A stretch of DNA of 63,392 bases, filler included, from Welwitschia mirabilis (taxonomy: Eukaryota): the NCBI GenBank assembly GCA_051453625.1. It is 4 parts of one record of this genome, joined end to end, with 100 filler letters (N's around TTAATTAATTAA, not from the genome) between each part and the next. Parts side by side here need not be neighbours in the genome. Positions count along the whole stretch, not along the records: positions 1 to 17,518 come from JBOZIK010000001.1; positions 17,619 to 46,549 come from JBOZIK010000001.1; 2 more parts are not named here. One strand, given 5' to 3'. Numbering within the stretch: the stretch's first letter is position 1; the number at the start of each line of letters is the position of its first letter. Under the pieces are notes generated by a model. The model was not told the DNA's origin, ran no database searches, and saw only the letters and a list, made by a program, of their open reading frames with translations. A program made the translations under genes and the position numbers. Positions 14,942-26,999 of this stretch are shown piece after piece.

Positions 14942-16331
14942 TGTTGCGGTGTGTATTTGTGCAAGTACTTAAGTTTAAGAAGGATTCTATCATTCATAAA
15001 ATAAATAGATATCTTACACAATACAACATACTAGTATGAGTAGGAGTAGATCTAAAATTTCCTATTCACATTAAATACTATGAGATGATACTTAGGTTGC
15101 TTTGTAAAATGGAATAGGAACCAAAAATAAATAATAATATAGGGAAATAAAGGAATGTAATACAAATGCAAAGTACAACTAATCTAGATGAATGCAAAAT
15201 AAACTAACACTACTTGCTTTCAGCCTTATAAAGGTTACCCTTAATAATGTATATCACCTAAGAAATTATCACTAGATCAAGGGAAACATAGACTATAAAG
15301 GTTATCAAAAAATCTATAATGCAAATATTACAAAACAAGGTTTATATTAAGAAAGAGTAATAAGCATCTTGATTACAAAACAACTGGGTCTCAATGGAGG
15401 ATACACAGCCCTCCACTAAATGCGTGTCTTTTTACAACACTCAAGATGGATATTTCAACCTTTGATCTCCTATTACAAGAATTTTAGGTGGAATGAAGAT
15501 GAAAAGGAGAGTCAAAAGGGGACTTATTTATAGGAAANNNNNNNNNNNNNNNNNNNNNNNNNNNNNNNNNNNNNNNNNNNNNNNNNNNNNNNNNNNNNNN
15601 NNNNNNNNNNNNNNNNNNNNNNNNNNNNNNNNNNNNNGATAAAATAAGATTTATATTAAGAAAGAGTAATAAGCATCTTGATTACAAAACAACTGGGTCT
15701 CAATGGAGGATACACAGCCCTCTACTAAATGCGTGTCTTTTTACAACACTCAAGATGGATATTTCAACCTTCGATCTCTTATTACAAGAATTTTAGGTGG
15801 AATGAAGATGAAAAGGAGAGTCAAAAGGGGACTTATTTATAGGAAAATATAGTAGAAGAAGATAAACAATAAGCATAATTATGTGCAATCATATAAATAA
15901 AATGGGTGAAATGATTAAGAGTTACTATTAGAGTTGGTTACATGTCAGTGTCATCCTAGCTATCATCTAGATGATAAGGAGGATAACAACATATTATAAA
16001 AGATGAATTAGAACGATAACCTAATAGTGATTTAGCAGTCCACATTAGCAGTCATCGTCCTACCTATTGTGAGGATGAAGGAGGGGATAATGGTCTTATT
16101 TGATTATTTTCTTAAGGAGAAACCTAGAATTTTTGTTAATAATCCTTCTTTAAAGTTTTGTGCATTAGAATATGCCTTTTATACATTAGATCTAGGTAAG
16201 AATTGCATGTTTTTATGATTTCCTATTAAATCTTCAAAATCCTTAGAATTGCACCTATACATCTATAAAAGTATGTTTTATAAAATAACTCATAGAACCT
16301 CATCAAATAACCACAACTTGGTAGTGTAACA
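14942..16331 (-). mobile_element. 3' LTR of Athila-like family A (true length ~1.08 kb after removing the false gap)
   Basis: tgttgcgg...gtgtaaca termini, PPT-complement tatccctctacttagcc at 16332, strong similarity to 21520-22601 and 25990-26318. Confidence 0.9.
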
Positions 16332-17441
16332 TATCCCTCTACTTAGCCTTTATCAGACCCTAAAAAAAATTACGTAGAAAAAACTATAATTCTGAGCCAT
16401 TTGTTTTTCAAAAGATAAATCTAGTAGTTATAAAATAAGCTTATAAAACACATCACATAGATAAATGACAAGTAGTACACAATGTGTATGAAAATTTGAA
16501 AATTTTATATCATAAAAGATCTAAATTAAGTTAAAATTTTTTGAAAATAAGCCATAAAATATGAGTCTCCATAAAGTAATTAGGAGTGGGAAGGTAGGTA
16601 AAAGAGGATAACTTTTTAAACAATGTGCATAGCTAAGTAATGTCAAATTTGAAAAATAGAGATTAATGAAATATTTTAATAGGTAAAGAAAAGAGTGGAC
16701 AATAAAAATGTTTTGTTATAGAAATAGCATGGGAAGTTCTTAAAACACTAAAAATCTAAAAATAACACAAATTTATTAAGAAAACACCTATCTAAGTAAT
16801 AAATTATTTTTTATTAAAAACTTGAACAAGGAAAACATGATATGAAAATATGGTAATGACTTTGAAAAAAGTAACCGAGCTACAAAAGGAAACAATAAGA
16901 ATGGACATAAGATAACATAAATAAAAGATAGCTCATCGATCTAATGTTTTAACCTAGCAAACTCCCATAAAATAAATCATAACATTACTTGATGTCAAAA
17001 ATGCATGACTTATTGCACAAAAATTCTATTAGATAAGGTAGTGGTTATGATGATGCTAAAATAAAATTCTTTAAATAATGAATTATTAGACTAAATAGTT
17101 CCTCAAAAATAAACTTACCTATTATCATCTGAAAATAAACAATCAAATCTCAAGAAATAAAATGATCATGTAAAAGGACTAAGAGTTTAGGAATCAAGTA
17201 ATGCCTCTGATGATACCAGGAACACCACTGATTCCATAACCTTAAAGTTTAAATATAACTTTCTTATCTATGATAAAGGGAGTGTAATCACAATCAGAGA
17301 AGTAAGGACTCATGAAGCATAACCAACTAACCTCCTAATGGAGTCCCCACTACTACCATATTACATTAACAAAGGTTCATCTTAGAATATTTGCTTCGGT
17401 GTACTTGTGATAGAATATCATAATGACCATTTCTTTGAGAT

Positions 17442-17716
17442 TGTTGCAACGCCAACTTAAGTGTATTTGATAGGGTATTTTGAGTTGTTTTACAGATAAA
17501 CTAATAGATAAATGCTCANNNNNNNNNNNNNNNNNNNNNNNNNNNNNNNNNNNNNNNNNNNNTTAATTAATTAANNNNNNNNNNNNNNNNNNNNNNNNNN
17601 NNNNNNNNNNNNNNNNNNTCACTCCGTCTATACTAGCATGTTGTATTTTGCATCTTATTGATAATTAACAGGATTGAATTTGAACGTGAACTATTACACA
17701 AATACACACTGCAATA
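17442..17716 (+). mobile_element. Athila-type insertion (solo LTR, or element collapsed in the gap), TSD GAGAT
   Basis: LTR start tgttgcaacg at 17442 and LTR end cacactgcaata at 17716. gagat on both sides (17437-17441, 17717-17721). Spans the linker gap. Confidence 0.8.
17519..17618. other. Artificial contig linker N44-TTAATTAATTAA-N44 (also 46550-46649 and 61046-61145)
   Basis: The identical 12-mer, which has stops in all six frames, sits centred in three 100-base gaps. Confidence 0.95.
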
Positions 17717-18899
17717 GAGATAGCACAAATAGAAAATATCATCGTCTTTATCACACCTTTTTTTTTGAATAAAACAACATTCCACATAATCAAACATTCC
17801 AAAAGACAAAGGTAAAAGTCATAAGATTAAGATAGAAATTAACACTCTTAAATAATCTAAGAGCTTTTCACCATTGAGAAAAAACATCAAAAATAAATCA
17901 TCTTCCTTTAATTGAATTTTATGGATGTGTGAATGTCCTGAGATTGAGTGAATCCAATCTTACCGCTATAGGTGCCCATGTAAAAAGACTAATAATGGAA
18001 ATAAATACATAATTCAGGTTTGAAAAATGATCAAATAACACCATAATAATTTTCCAAGGGAAAAATCTAAGAGAAAATTTAGATAGTTTACTTGCGAAAT
18101 TCCAAATTTTAGCAATTTACTTTCTATAATTGTTAAGTAATCAAAGTAGAAATTTCAATAGAGTTATAAACATATATTTTTTCAAAATAATAGAAAATAA
18201 AAATTAATGTTTAATTAACTATCATCTTATTCATCATCCAGATAATAGAGAAAATATCAAACATGTAGACAAACAAAAAATCATTAAAAAACACAAAAAA
18301 ATATTAGAAGGCTGAAATACTTAACAAAATTAACTGTTGTCCATCTTGTCATGGCGATTCTAGTGAGACAATATATTGTTATTATAGAAATAGAAAATAG
18401 AAACTGCAAATAGAAACAAAAACAAAAAACAAAAAATAGAGATTATGAAAATAGAAAACTAAAAATTAAAATCAAAAGTATTAAGAAATTCAAAAGATTA
18501 ATGCAAGTAAATTTTATTTAAATCCTAAAATCTATCTAACACTTTTTATTAAAAAGAAAAAAAGAAAGTAAAAGAAATATGGTCTCAAGATATTTGTATT
18601 CTTTTAGAAAAATTAGCCCCAAATCAAATATTTACCAATTAATAAAACATGAAATATATTTAATTATTCTTAAGTAGAATCAATTATAAGAAGAGAAAGT
18701 AAGAGATAATTCCTAGATAGCACAAATTTTAGAATTAAAATAAGAGATAAAGGAATGATAACTGTCATTAAAAAATAAACTCTTATGATATCTTTATGAA
18801 TCTTAATCATCATTGAAAAACAAATGTGAAAAATAATTCAAAAAAGTTTTCAAAATAATTTTGAAGGATTTTTAAAATATTTTCTATCATTTGATTTAA

Positions 18900-20896
18900 G
18901 ACATGGATATTCAAGAAGAAAACAAGGCTTTTTCAATTTTGCATAAGCATTTGAATATTTATTTTCACATGCATTAATGTAAGAGACAAAAAATTCATAT
19001 GACTCATGGAAAAACAATCTCTTACCAAACTCATGATATGAAGGATTTAAAACATAAATTGAATTTAGAGCTTAATATTGAACATGAGAGTCTTTATTTA
19101 AGATCTAAGGATTTATAAGAAACTTCTTATGATAAGAGTTTAAGATAGGTTTAACATACCTAAGAATATATTTAACATTTAATTTCAAACATGCATTAGG
19201 ATCAAGAAGATATGGTTTTTCCCAATTAAGAGTTCTAGAATATCCCAATTTTGTTTTGGAAAAGAATAATCAATGAAAGCACATGATAGAGTTAACTTTG
19301 CAAATGAGAAAAAGATTTTAGGTTTTGCACATGAAGTTTTCAAAGGAAGAGTTTGGAAGATTTTTGAGCTTAACTTCTTAGGATGATATGGTTCATTACA
19401 TTCATTAACAAGAATCTAATTTGGAGAGCTACTTATTTGAATAATTTCTTCATTGATTGTATCTCTCTCTTCTTTATGGTTGATTATTTCTTGGTCTTCA
19501 TGTCAATTTTCTTGAGGATTATTGTTCTTTTCTAAGTTGGTGGATTTTTCAAAAAGATCATTAGAAAGACTGTCAAAAGGAAAGCTTTCATTGTTTTCAT
19601 TGTTTGATGAAAGATATTTTAATGTTTCTTGTCTTGATTCCTCTTCTCTTTAAATAACTCCATTAATTCTAAAATGTAATCCTCATTTGAGTAGAGTTGA
19701 TCATTTTTCATTGATTCTGTTTCAATGCTTATTTCCATTAATTTTAAAATTTGATCCTCTGGTATTGGTGGAATTTTTTCATCCTTATAAAATATGTAAA
19801 ATTTTAATATATGATCTAAAATTTCAATGTCATCTTATTTTTCTTATTCTTCTTCTTCTTCACTATTCTCATCATCTTGTTGCATGTTGTTATTTTCATT
19901 TGAAGGGGAAATGTAATCATCATTTCTATCATAGATTAAAGAATTTTTAGATTGCTCATGAATGTATTCTTCATCTATTGAATGGTTTTTTAACACCTCA
20001 TCATCATCATTTAAATAGTCATCCTCATCTTCATTGTTAAAAGATATAGTTAAATTGTGTTCCCTTTGCTCATCTCTTAATGAGTATGATGATGAAGTTT
20101 AATCTAAAATTTTGTTCTCAATTTGGAAGCAAGAATTATAATCATTTATTTCTAAGTTATTTTTATTTTCCTCAAGGTAATATAAATTAGGATAGTTTTA
20201 TAGATTTTTATTTTGTTTGAAGAGATAGAAGATTTTGTTGTAGAATTACAATCAAATTTTCTATTTTTTTTATTGCTATCTTCCATGTATTTGTTGATAA
20301 ATTCTTAGTAATTTTTAATTGTGTCCCTTAATTCTTCTATTGAATCATTTTATTCTTCATAGTAATTCATAGGAGATGGATGGAATGGGTAAAAATGATT
20401 ATTTAAGGTTGAATCTCTAAGATTTTCATCATTATTCCTATATGAATTTTAAAAAGAAAAGGGGAAATAATAAGGTGGTTAAAAAGAGGAATGAGCCCTA
20501 TCCCTACTCTCAATATTTTTTTGTATTGAAATTTCTTTTTTTGAAAAAAGTTCTTTAACCATCCTTCTTAGATTTTTCTCTCCTTTTTCTAGCAAGAATT
20601 TCCCCAAGTATTTTATTACTATTATCCTTAGGTTTGTTTCTACATCTTTCAATAAGACATTTTATACAGATTCTTGTATTATTATTCATTTTTAAGAAGA
20701 AAGGAAAGAAGAGAATCTTATTTTAACACGAAGGTAGTTCATAGAGATGATCAAGTTTTAAAGTTTTATAAATAAATGAAGCTCAAAAAAAAATTTATGC
20801 ACCTGGAGTTTGTGTTGCGATTCTTCTTTAATACTTTCTTCTATCAGTAGTCCTTTTTTCCTCTAATAAGCCTTTTTTTGGATTAACCTAACCATG
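18900..20896 (-). pseudogene. Highly degenerate gag/protease-like ORF of family A element
   Basis: Purine-rich coding-like minus strand downstream of the PBS and 5' UTR, with an acidic tract (EDDYLNDDDE ~20000) and WDILELLIGKPYLLD-like text (~19200-19250, reminiscent of ILGRPFL, frameshifted). No RT or INT motifs follow. Confidence 0.5.
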
Positions 20897-21221
20897 ATTC
20901 CTACAAATAAAAAAACAATCAAAAATAAAAAAAAACCAATACCATCATTCTATTTATCATGGGGACGATATAATGAATGACAAACATAGAAACCAAGAAA
21001 ATATAAATATAACCATAACTAAAACAAAAAATAGAAAACATAGAAAATAGGACTGTCATCCACCTAGTCATCCGGATTTCACAAAGATAACAGAAACTAA
21101 TTTATTCTAGAAAAATCAAAATCCAAAAATAAAACTAATAATAAAAATTACACATTTTTGTCCTATCTATTATGTAGATGACAGAGGGAACAACCACTAT
21201 CTTTTTATAAAAAAATCAAAA

Positions 21222-21396
21222 CTTAAAACTGAGAATCAAAAAACTGAAAAACCAAAAAAATAAAAACCAAGAACTAGAAAACTGAAAAGCCAAAAAAATA
21301 AAAACTGAGAACTGAAAACATAAAAAACCAAAAAAATAAAACTGAGAATTGAAAAACTAAAAAACGGAAAAGAATAAAAACTACAAATAGAAAACC
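21222..21396. repeat. Imperfect tandem repeat, ~36 bp x ~5, in the 5' UTR of family A element
   Basis: Recurrent aaaactgagaa(t/c)tgaaaa-ctaaaaaaccaaaaaaata units. Confidence 0.75.
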
Positions 21397-21498
21397 TATT
21401 ATTTTCAAAAAAAATACAATATCATTATAGATAAATAACTAAATAAAAATCCAATGTACTCATCTAAATGATGACAATCCTTGTACTCCTCAATAGCC

Positions 21499-21517
21499 TT
21501 CCCTGGTAATAGTGCCA
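21499..21517 (-). promoter_or_regulatory. Athila-type PBS
   Basis: Minus strand ttggcactattaccagggaa matches TGGCGCCGTTGCCGGGGA through transitions. Confidence 0.8.
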
Positions 21518-21519
21518 AT

Positions 21520-22601
21520 TAATTGGCACTATTTATTCAAGTGCTTAAGTTCAAAAATGATTCTGTCATTCATAAAATAAAGAGATATCTTACATAATAT
21601 AACACACTAGTATGAGTGGGAGTAGATCCTAAATGTTGTGTTCACATTGAAGACTATGATATGAGACATAGATTACTTTACAAAATAGAATAGGTACTAG
21701 AAATAAATAATAATATAGGGAAATAAAGAAATGCAATGTAAATGCAAAGTGCAACTAATCTAGATGAATGTAAAATAAATTAATACTACTTGCTTTCAAC
21801 CTTAACAAAGGCTGTCGTTGATAATATATATCACCCAAAAAATTTCACTAGATCAAGGGCAATCATAGGCTATAAGGGTCATCAGAAAATCTAACATGAA
21901 AATATGAAAACTAAAACAAAAAAATTTTTTGTATTAAGAAGTAACAAGCATCTGAGTTACAAAATAACCAAGCTTCAATGGAGGATACACAACCCGTCAC
22001 CAAAGGAACGTCTTTTTGCAATACTCGAGATAGATCTCCCGCCCTTTGATCTCCTGTCATAAGAATTTCTGGTATAATAAAGATGAGAAGGAGAGTTGAG
22101 TAGGGGTCTATTTATAACAACTCACAGTAGAAAAAGACAAATGGTAGGTGTGGCTAAGCATGCTCATAAATGAAATAGATGAAATGGTCAAAAGTCACTG
22201 TCTGATTCGGTTACCTGTCAGTGTCGTCCAGGATGTCATCCGGATGATAATGGAAATGATAGCTCATTACAATAGATGATTTAGAATGATGACTCAGCGG
22301 TGATTCAGTAGTCCACATCAGTAGTCATTGTTCTACCTGTTGTGAGGACGATGGAGGGGACGACTGTTTTCTTTGATTTTTTTTCTTAAGGAAAAACTTA
22401 TCATTTTTGTCAATAATCCTTTTTCAAAGCTCTGTGTAGTAGAATATGCCTTTAATACATCAAATCTAGGTAAGAATTGCATATTTCTGAGATTTTCTAT
22501 TATATCTTCAAAATCCTCAGAATTGCACCTAAACCTGTGTAAAAGTCCTGCAAAATAACTCATAAAACCCCGTCAAATAACCACAAATTGGTAGTGCAAT
22601 A
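21520..22601 (-). mobile_element. Middle LTR of family A (~1.08 kb)
   Basis: Colinear with 14942-16331 and ends ggtagtgcaata. PBS on the left, PPT-like acagtcctcc on the right. The left terminus is replaced by a palindrome. Confidence 0.9.
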
Positions 22602-22611
22602 ACAGTCCTCC

Positions 22612-24596
22612 TGTACTACATTAAATGACCATAAATTTCAAAATACTTTGAGCTCTTAAATGGTTTAAGATATTTTAAAAATATTATTTAATTTCCTACA
22701 ACTTTGAATTCTCACGTTTGTAGATATCTTAATTAATAGTTATAAAAATGTAAAGTAATTTCTTACTATTTTCTATGTTTATTTCCGAATGTATGCTGAC
22801 AAACAATTTTTTTAAAAAAATTATTACACATCAAAAAAATTATTGTTTCTACATTTTCACATTCATAATAAAATCTTAAACTTACCAAAAAAAATTCACT
22901 CATTTATACCTACTAATTAAAAGGCTATGATTTTTTTATCCTATGTCTCTATTTTGGGAATTTACCTTTCACTAACAAAAATATAGTAGAGGTTTAACAA
23001 TTAACTATACAATAATTTGAGTAGTAAAATAATGAATACATTAGATAAACTCATTCTTTATAGTATAACTTTAATAAATAACACTAATTCAAATTAATAT
23101 AGTAAGGAAAATCATATCAATTCACAAAAGCATTTATGTTTAACCTTAGGATTGCTATGAAGGAGTTCTATCCTAAAGAGATTTTTGATGATCAAACTTT
23201 ACCCCTAATAAGATAGAACTAATACATAATGAATAAAAAATATATTATTATGTATATTAATACAAAATAAGCATGGGTATTCGAGTATATAGTGAATCTC
23301 TAAAGTGGTCATTTGACCATAAACATCTATTAATAACTTCAATTACCAAGCATAAGGGACCCCTCATATCTCCCGACATCTTGATGAGAGACAATGAGAT
23401 AGAATAATATATTTTTATGATATATCATATATAGTAGTCTAATGTAAGTATTATATTATTCTATTAAAATATTAAAAGAGACTATATGGATAATATGAGT
23501 AAAGAACTTACTTAGAAATATTAATAAGTTCTTAATAGTTGAAGATTAATGAAGATTCAAAATCAAGAGTTCCTTAGCTTCAAGATTCCAAACTCCAATC
23601 TCTACAATAAAAAGAAGAAAAGAAAAAGAGAGGAAAGAAGGAAATGCACTTGTATAGGGAAAAAAAAATGGGAAGTATGTCCTTTTCACAATAGAGGAAA
23701 GGATCTCTATATATAGATAAATAAAGACACATAGATCAAGATCATGTGATTTAGAATTAACAAGTGGTATAGATAATAAGTGACATAAAAGTACAAAAAG
23801 AGGACTCATGTTTATGACTTATACATCTAACTAGGGTAAGTAATATTCTTTCTTTAATTAGCAAGGTTAATTACATGCATCATTTCCTCATGCTAGCTTC
23901 TTCTTAATCCTTCATAGGCTTATAAGTAAGCTTGATTCATCTAAGACATGCATCAGAAGAATAAATGTACAAATTGTAAAATTTTTATATGGCATAATGA
24001 AAGAAACTCTTTAATTATAAACATAATGAGACAAACTCTTTAATTCCAATGAATAAAACAATAAGTATGCTGTGAACCAAGTGCCCTTAAACATCTCAAA
24101 AAGATAAAAGTTATGGTAAAGTAAATCTACTCATTTATCATTCTTGGTTCTAGGTAAGAAAGCATGTACTTGTTCACATGCTCATTTATTTCATAATGCA
24201 TAAAATCTATTAATCATACAATATAAGGAAGACAATGTCTATTCATAACACAGTACACTTATTACATTTACCAATAATTTAAATAAGTAAATAAGATGTA
24301 AAATTTATGATTATGTCCTCTTGAAAATTTCAATTTATTACTTTTATCATGTGATTTTAATTCTTTCCATAATGGGATTATCTAATTTTAAATGTTTGAA
24401 TAGATTCTCTTATAAAATCCTTATTACATAACTATTATTATTTTCATAGTAAATTATGAAAATTACAAACTAAGGTTAATTTAAACTATGATCTTCCTTT
24501 GACAAGGCCTTTAAAGAAGAGTAATTCATAATCTGATTAAAAGCTTAATATGCTTAATATTCAAGTAATTAAGATTTAGAAAATATGGGTATGACA
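22612..24596 (-). mobile_element. Probable large gypsy LTR (Tat/Ogre-like), ~2 kb
   Basis: Minus strand starts TGTCATACCCATATTTT (24596) and could end ...gtagtaca (22612). TATA-like ctatatatag at ~23707 followed by a pyrimidine-rich R-like tract. No TSD found. Confidence 0.45.
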
Positions 24597-25889
24597 TGTA
24601 AGTATAAGGTTTCAGTGATGCCAACAGGCATGAAAATCAAGTGAAAAGATGGTCATCGTTCATTGCAGTCATGTTTAGAATCCATCATTTGCTTGCGGAT
24701 GTCCACACTCAAAATAAGGTGGACATTCCCTGTTTTTGTGAGTAAATTGTATTTGTGACAAGTCTAGGCCCAGACGTCCCCACTCAAATAGGGTAAACAT
24801 TCCTTCTTCTTATAGGAAACATGATCGACAGGTCTCAAGTATAGACGTTCCCACTCCAAATAGCCTGGATGTCCTCCCTTCATTCTGTTTTTTCTATTCT
24901 GCACTTGTGGCAGGTGTGGATGTCTGTCCCCTTTGAGGGTCGACGTCCTCACACTCTTAATAGTGCAAACATTCATACTACTTGAGATAGACATTTGCCC
25001 CCTTGGGAGCAAGGATATCTCTAATTCTTAAGGCGGATATCATTCCTTCGAACCATTGAAAAAATAGTCTTCTTCGGGTAATAACGTGACAATTTTTAAT
25101 GGCTATTCTCTTATAATGCATCTTTCAATCGCATTGAAAAAATGAATTTAATTGGAATATCAAATTGACATGCATTGAAATCATCATTGAGGGTTTCTCT
25201 TCAAAAGCTATTTTTCCTTTCTCTATAAAAGGGGTAAAATCTATCTTGTTAAGGTTAACCATTTTTTATGAACCAAAATATTTAGCATATACAGTTTTGT
25301 GAAGAGAACTCAAATCTAATCTTTGATGATCTATTGGTAATTTGTAATCCTATCTTGTGTATTCATTTGAAGTAGATCCTACACTATTTCATTTGTGCTT
25401 GAGGCACATCTCATTATTCTTTTATTCTTCCTGTGGTTGAGTCTAAGCTATTAAAAGACTTCAAGGATGAGATGTTAATGATAAGCCTAGAAAATCATCA
25501 TTGTTATGTGTGAGGTTGATGACAAGCCTGGAAAATCATCATTGTTGTATGTGAGATTGATAAGCCTAGAAAATAATCACTATGGTATGTGAAGTTAAAC
25601 ATAAGCCTAAAACATCATCAGTGTTATAAGAGGATTTGATGATCAACCAGCAAATCATTAGTTCAATAGTAATAAGAAAACCAAGAAAGAGGACATCTTA
25701 TCTTTTCTTAAAGAGTGGAGTAGGAACATTTCCAAAGCACTATAAATCTTGTGAGCTAATTATTTTTTTGTTTTACTATTTTTCTTAGATTTAGTTTATA
25801 TTTTCAAAGCTAATTAATTTCATTTTAGAATTGGGTTTTGGATCTAAAAGTGATCATTATTCCTATTCACCCCTCCTCTATGAATTTTA
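24597..25889 (+). mobile_element. Sirevirus-like LTR, 5'-truncated
   Basis: About 12 ga(c/t)(g/a)tcc-type repeated motifs (24696-25045), TATA ctataaaagggg (~25223), and U5 cctattcacccctcctct (25862-25879) before the gap. Confidence 0.8.
25468..25662 (+). repeat. ~43 bp tandem hairpin repeats x5 in Sirevirus LTR R/U5
   Basis: Units tgatga(t/c)aagcct(a/g)gaaaatcatcattgtt...gtga. Confidence 0.85.
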
Positions 25890-25989
25890 NNNNNNNNNNN
25901 NNNNNNNNNNNNNNNNNNNNNNNNNNNNNNNNNNNNNNNNNNNNNNNNNNNNNNNNNNNNNNNNNNNNNNNNNNNNNNNNNNNNNNNNN

Positions 25990-26318
25990 GGATGACTCAA
26001 AAAATGATGACTCAGTAGTAATTTATTAGTCCACATCAGCAGTCATCATTCTACCTATCATGGGGATGATGGAGAGGATGATGATTTTCTTTGATCATTT
26101 TCTTAAGGATAAACCTAGTATTTTTGTTAGTAATCCTTCTTTAAAGATCTATGCATTAGAATGTTTCTTTTATACATCAAATCTAGGTAATAATTGCATG
26201 TTTCTGAGATTTTCTATTGAATCTCCAAAATTCTTAGAATTGTACCTAAACTTATATAAAAGTCTTGTAAAATAACTTATAAAACCTCATTAAATAACCA
26301 CAAATTGGTAGTGCAACA
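25990..26318 (-). mobile_element. Third family A LTR (U3 end only; rest lost in the gap)
   Basis: Highly similar to 22280-22601 and 16010-16331. Ends ggtagtgcaaca. Confidence 0.9.
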
Positions 26319-26999
26319 ACCACATAGAATAATTATTATACTAATTAATGTTAAATAAATATACATGACACAATGCTTTAAAGATAATAGATTTAGAAGT
26401 ATGTGATTATGAAGAGATGCTCATTAAGGTACTCATAGAAAATTTTGAGTGCTTTTTCATTTCCTTTTTTTTTTTCTTTTTTCTTGATGTTTTAGTTAGA
26501 GAGGGAGAATGAGTATTAAGAGAAACTATTCTTCATGGTGATGAAGGTGCAACCAATACTATAAAAGAAGAGATTTATAGGTAAAAACCTGATCATAACC
26601 AACTATTTCCTAAGTGGATCCTTTACAACTACCATATTACACTACTAAAAGAGAATGGACCCAAATGCCAACTATCCCTTTATTGTACTTGTAGTAGAAC
26701 ACCATGGAAACAAACACCATTTCTTTTTATTTTGAAGCTATTTGCACTTTTCTAATGAGATAATTGATGAGCATTAAGGATTCATGGGTATCTGAATACC
26801 TTGAGTTTGAATAAAGCCAAACTCATCACTTGTTGAACATCATGAATCTTAATGATGAAGTATTAGTTATGTGAAGGATGATCAAGTAGTCTAATGAATC
26901 TAATATAGGTTAAGTTAAGAAGTCATATAGGTAATAACAAAGGCAAGGGACTCCTCTTTTCAAGGAGAGGATTCTCTAACTCAACTACTTCTATTATGT

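Noticed and set aside
17205..17230. CTGATGA as a hammerhead ribozyme core (retrozyme)
   Set aside because: There is no stem II followed by GAAA and no flanking helices, and it is on the antisense strand of the element.
17563..17574. TTAATTAATTAA palindrome occurring three times
   Set aside because: It is centred in N44 flanks each time, so it is an assembly spacer and not biology.
22333..22563. Short ORFs recurring at 22333-22563 and 26060-26275 as a small gene family
   Set aside because: They fall within U3 of repeated LTRs and the frames are not preserved in other copies.
25468..25662. CRISPR-like hairpin repeat array
   Set aside because: The repeats are degenerate, the spacers are short and similar to each other, there are no cas genes, and it lies inside a plant LTR.
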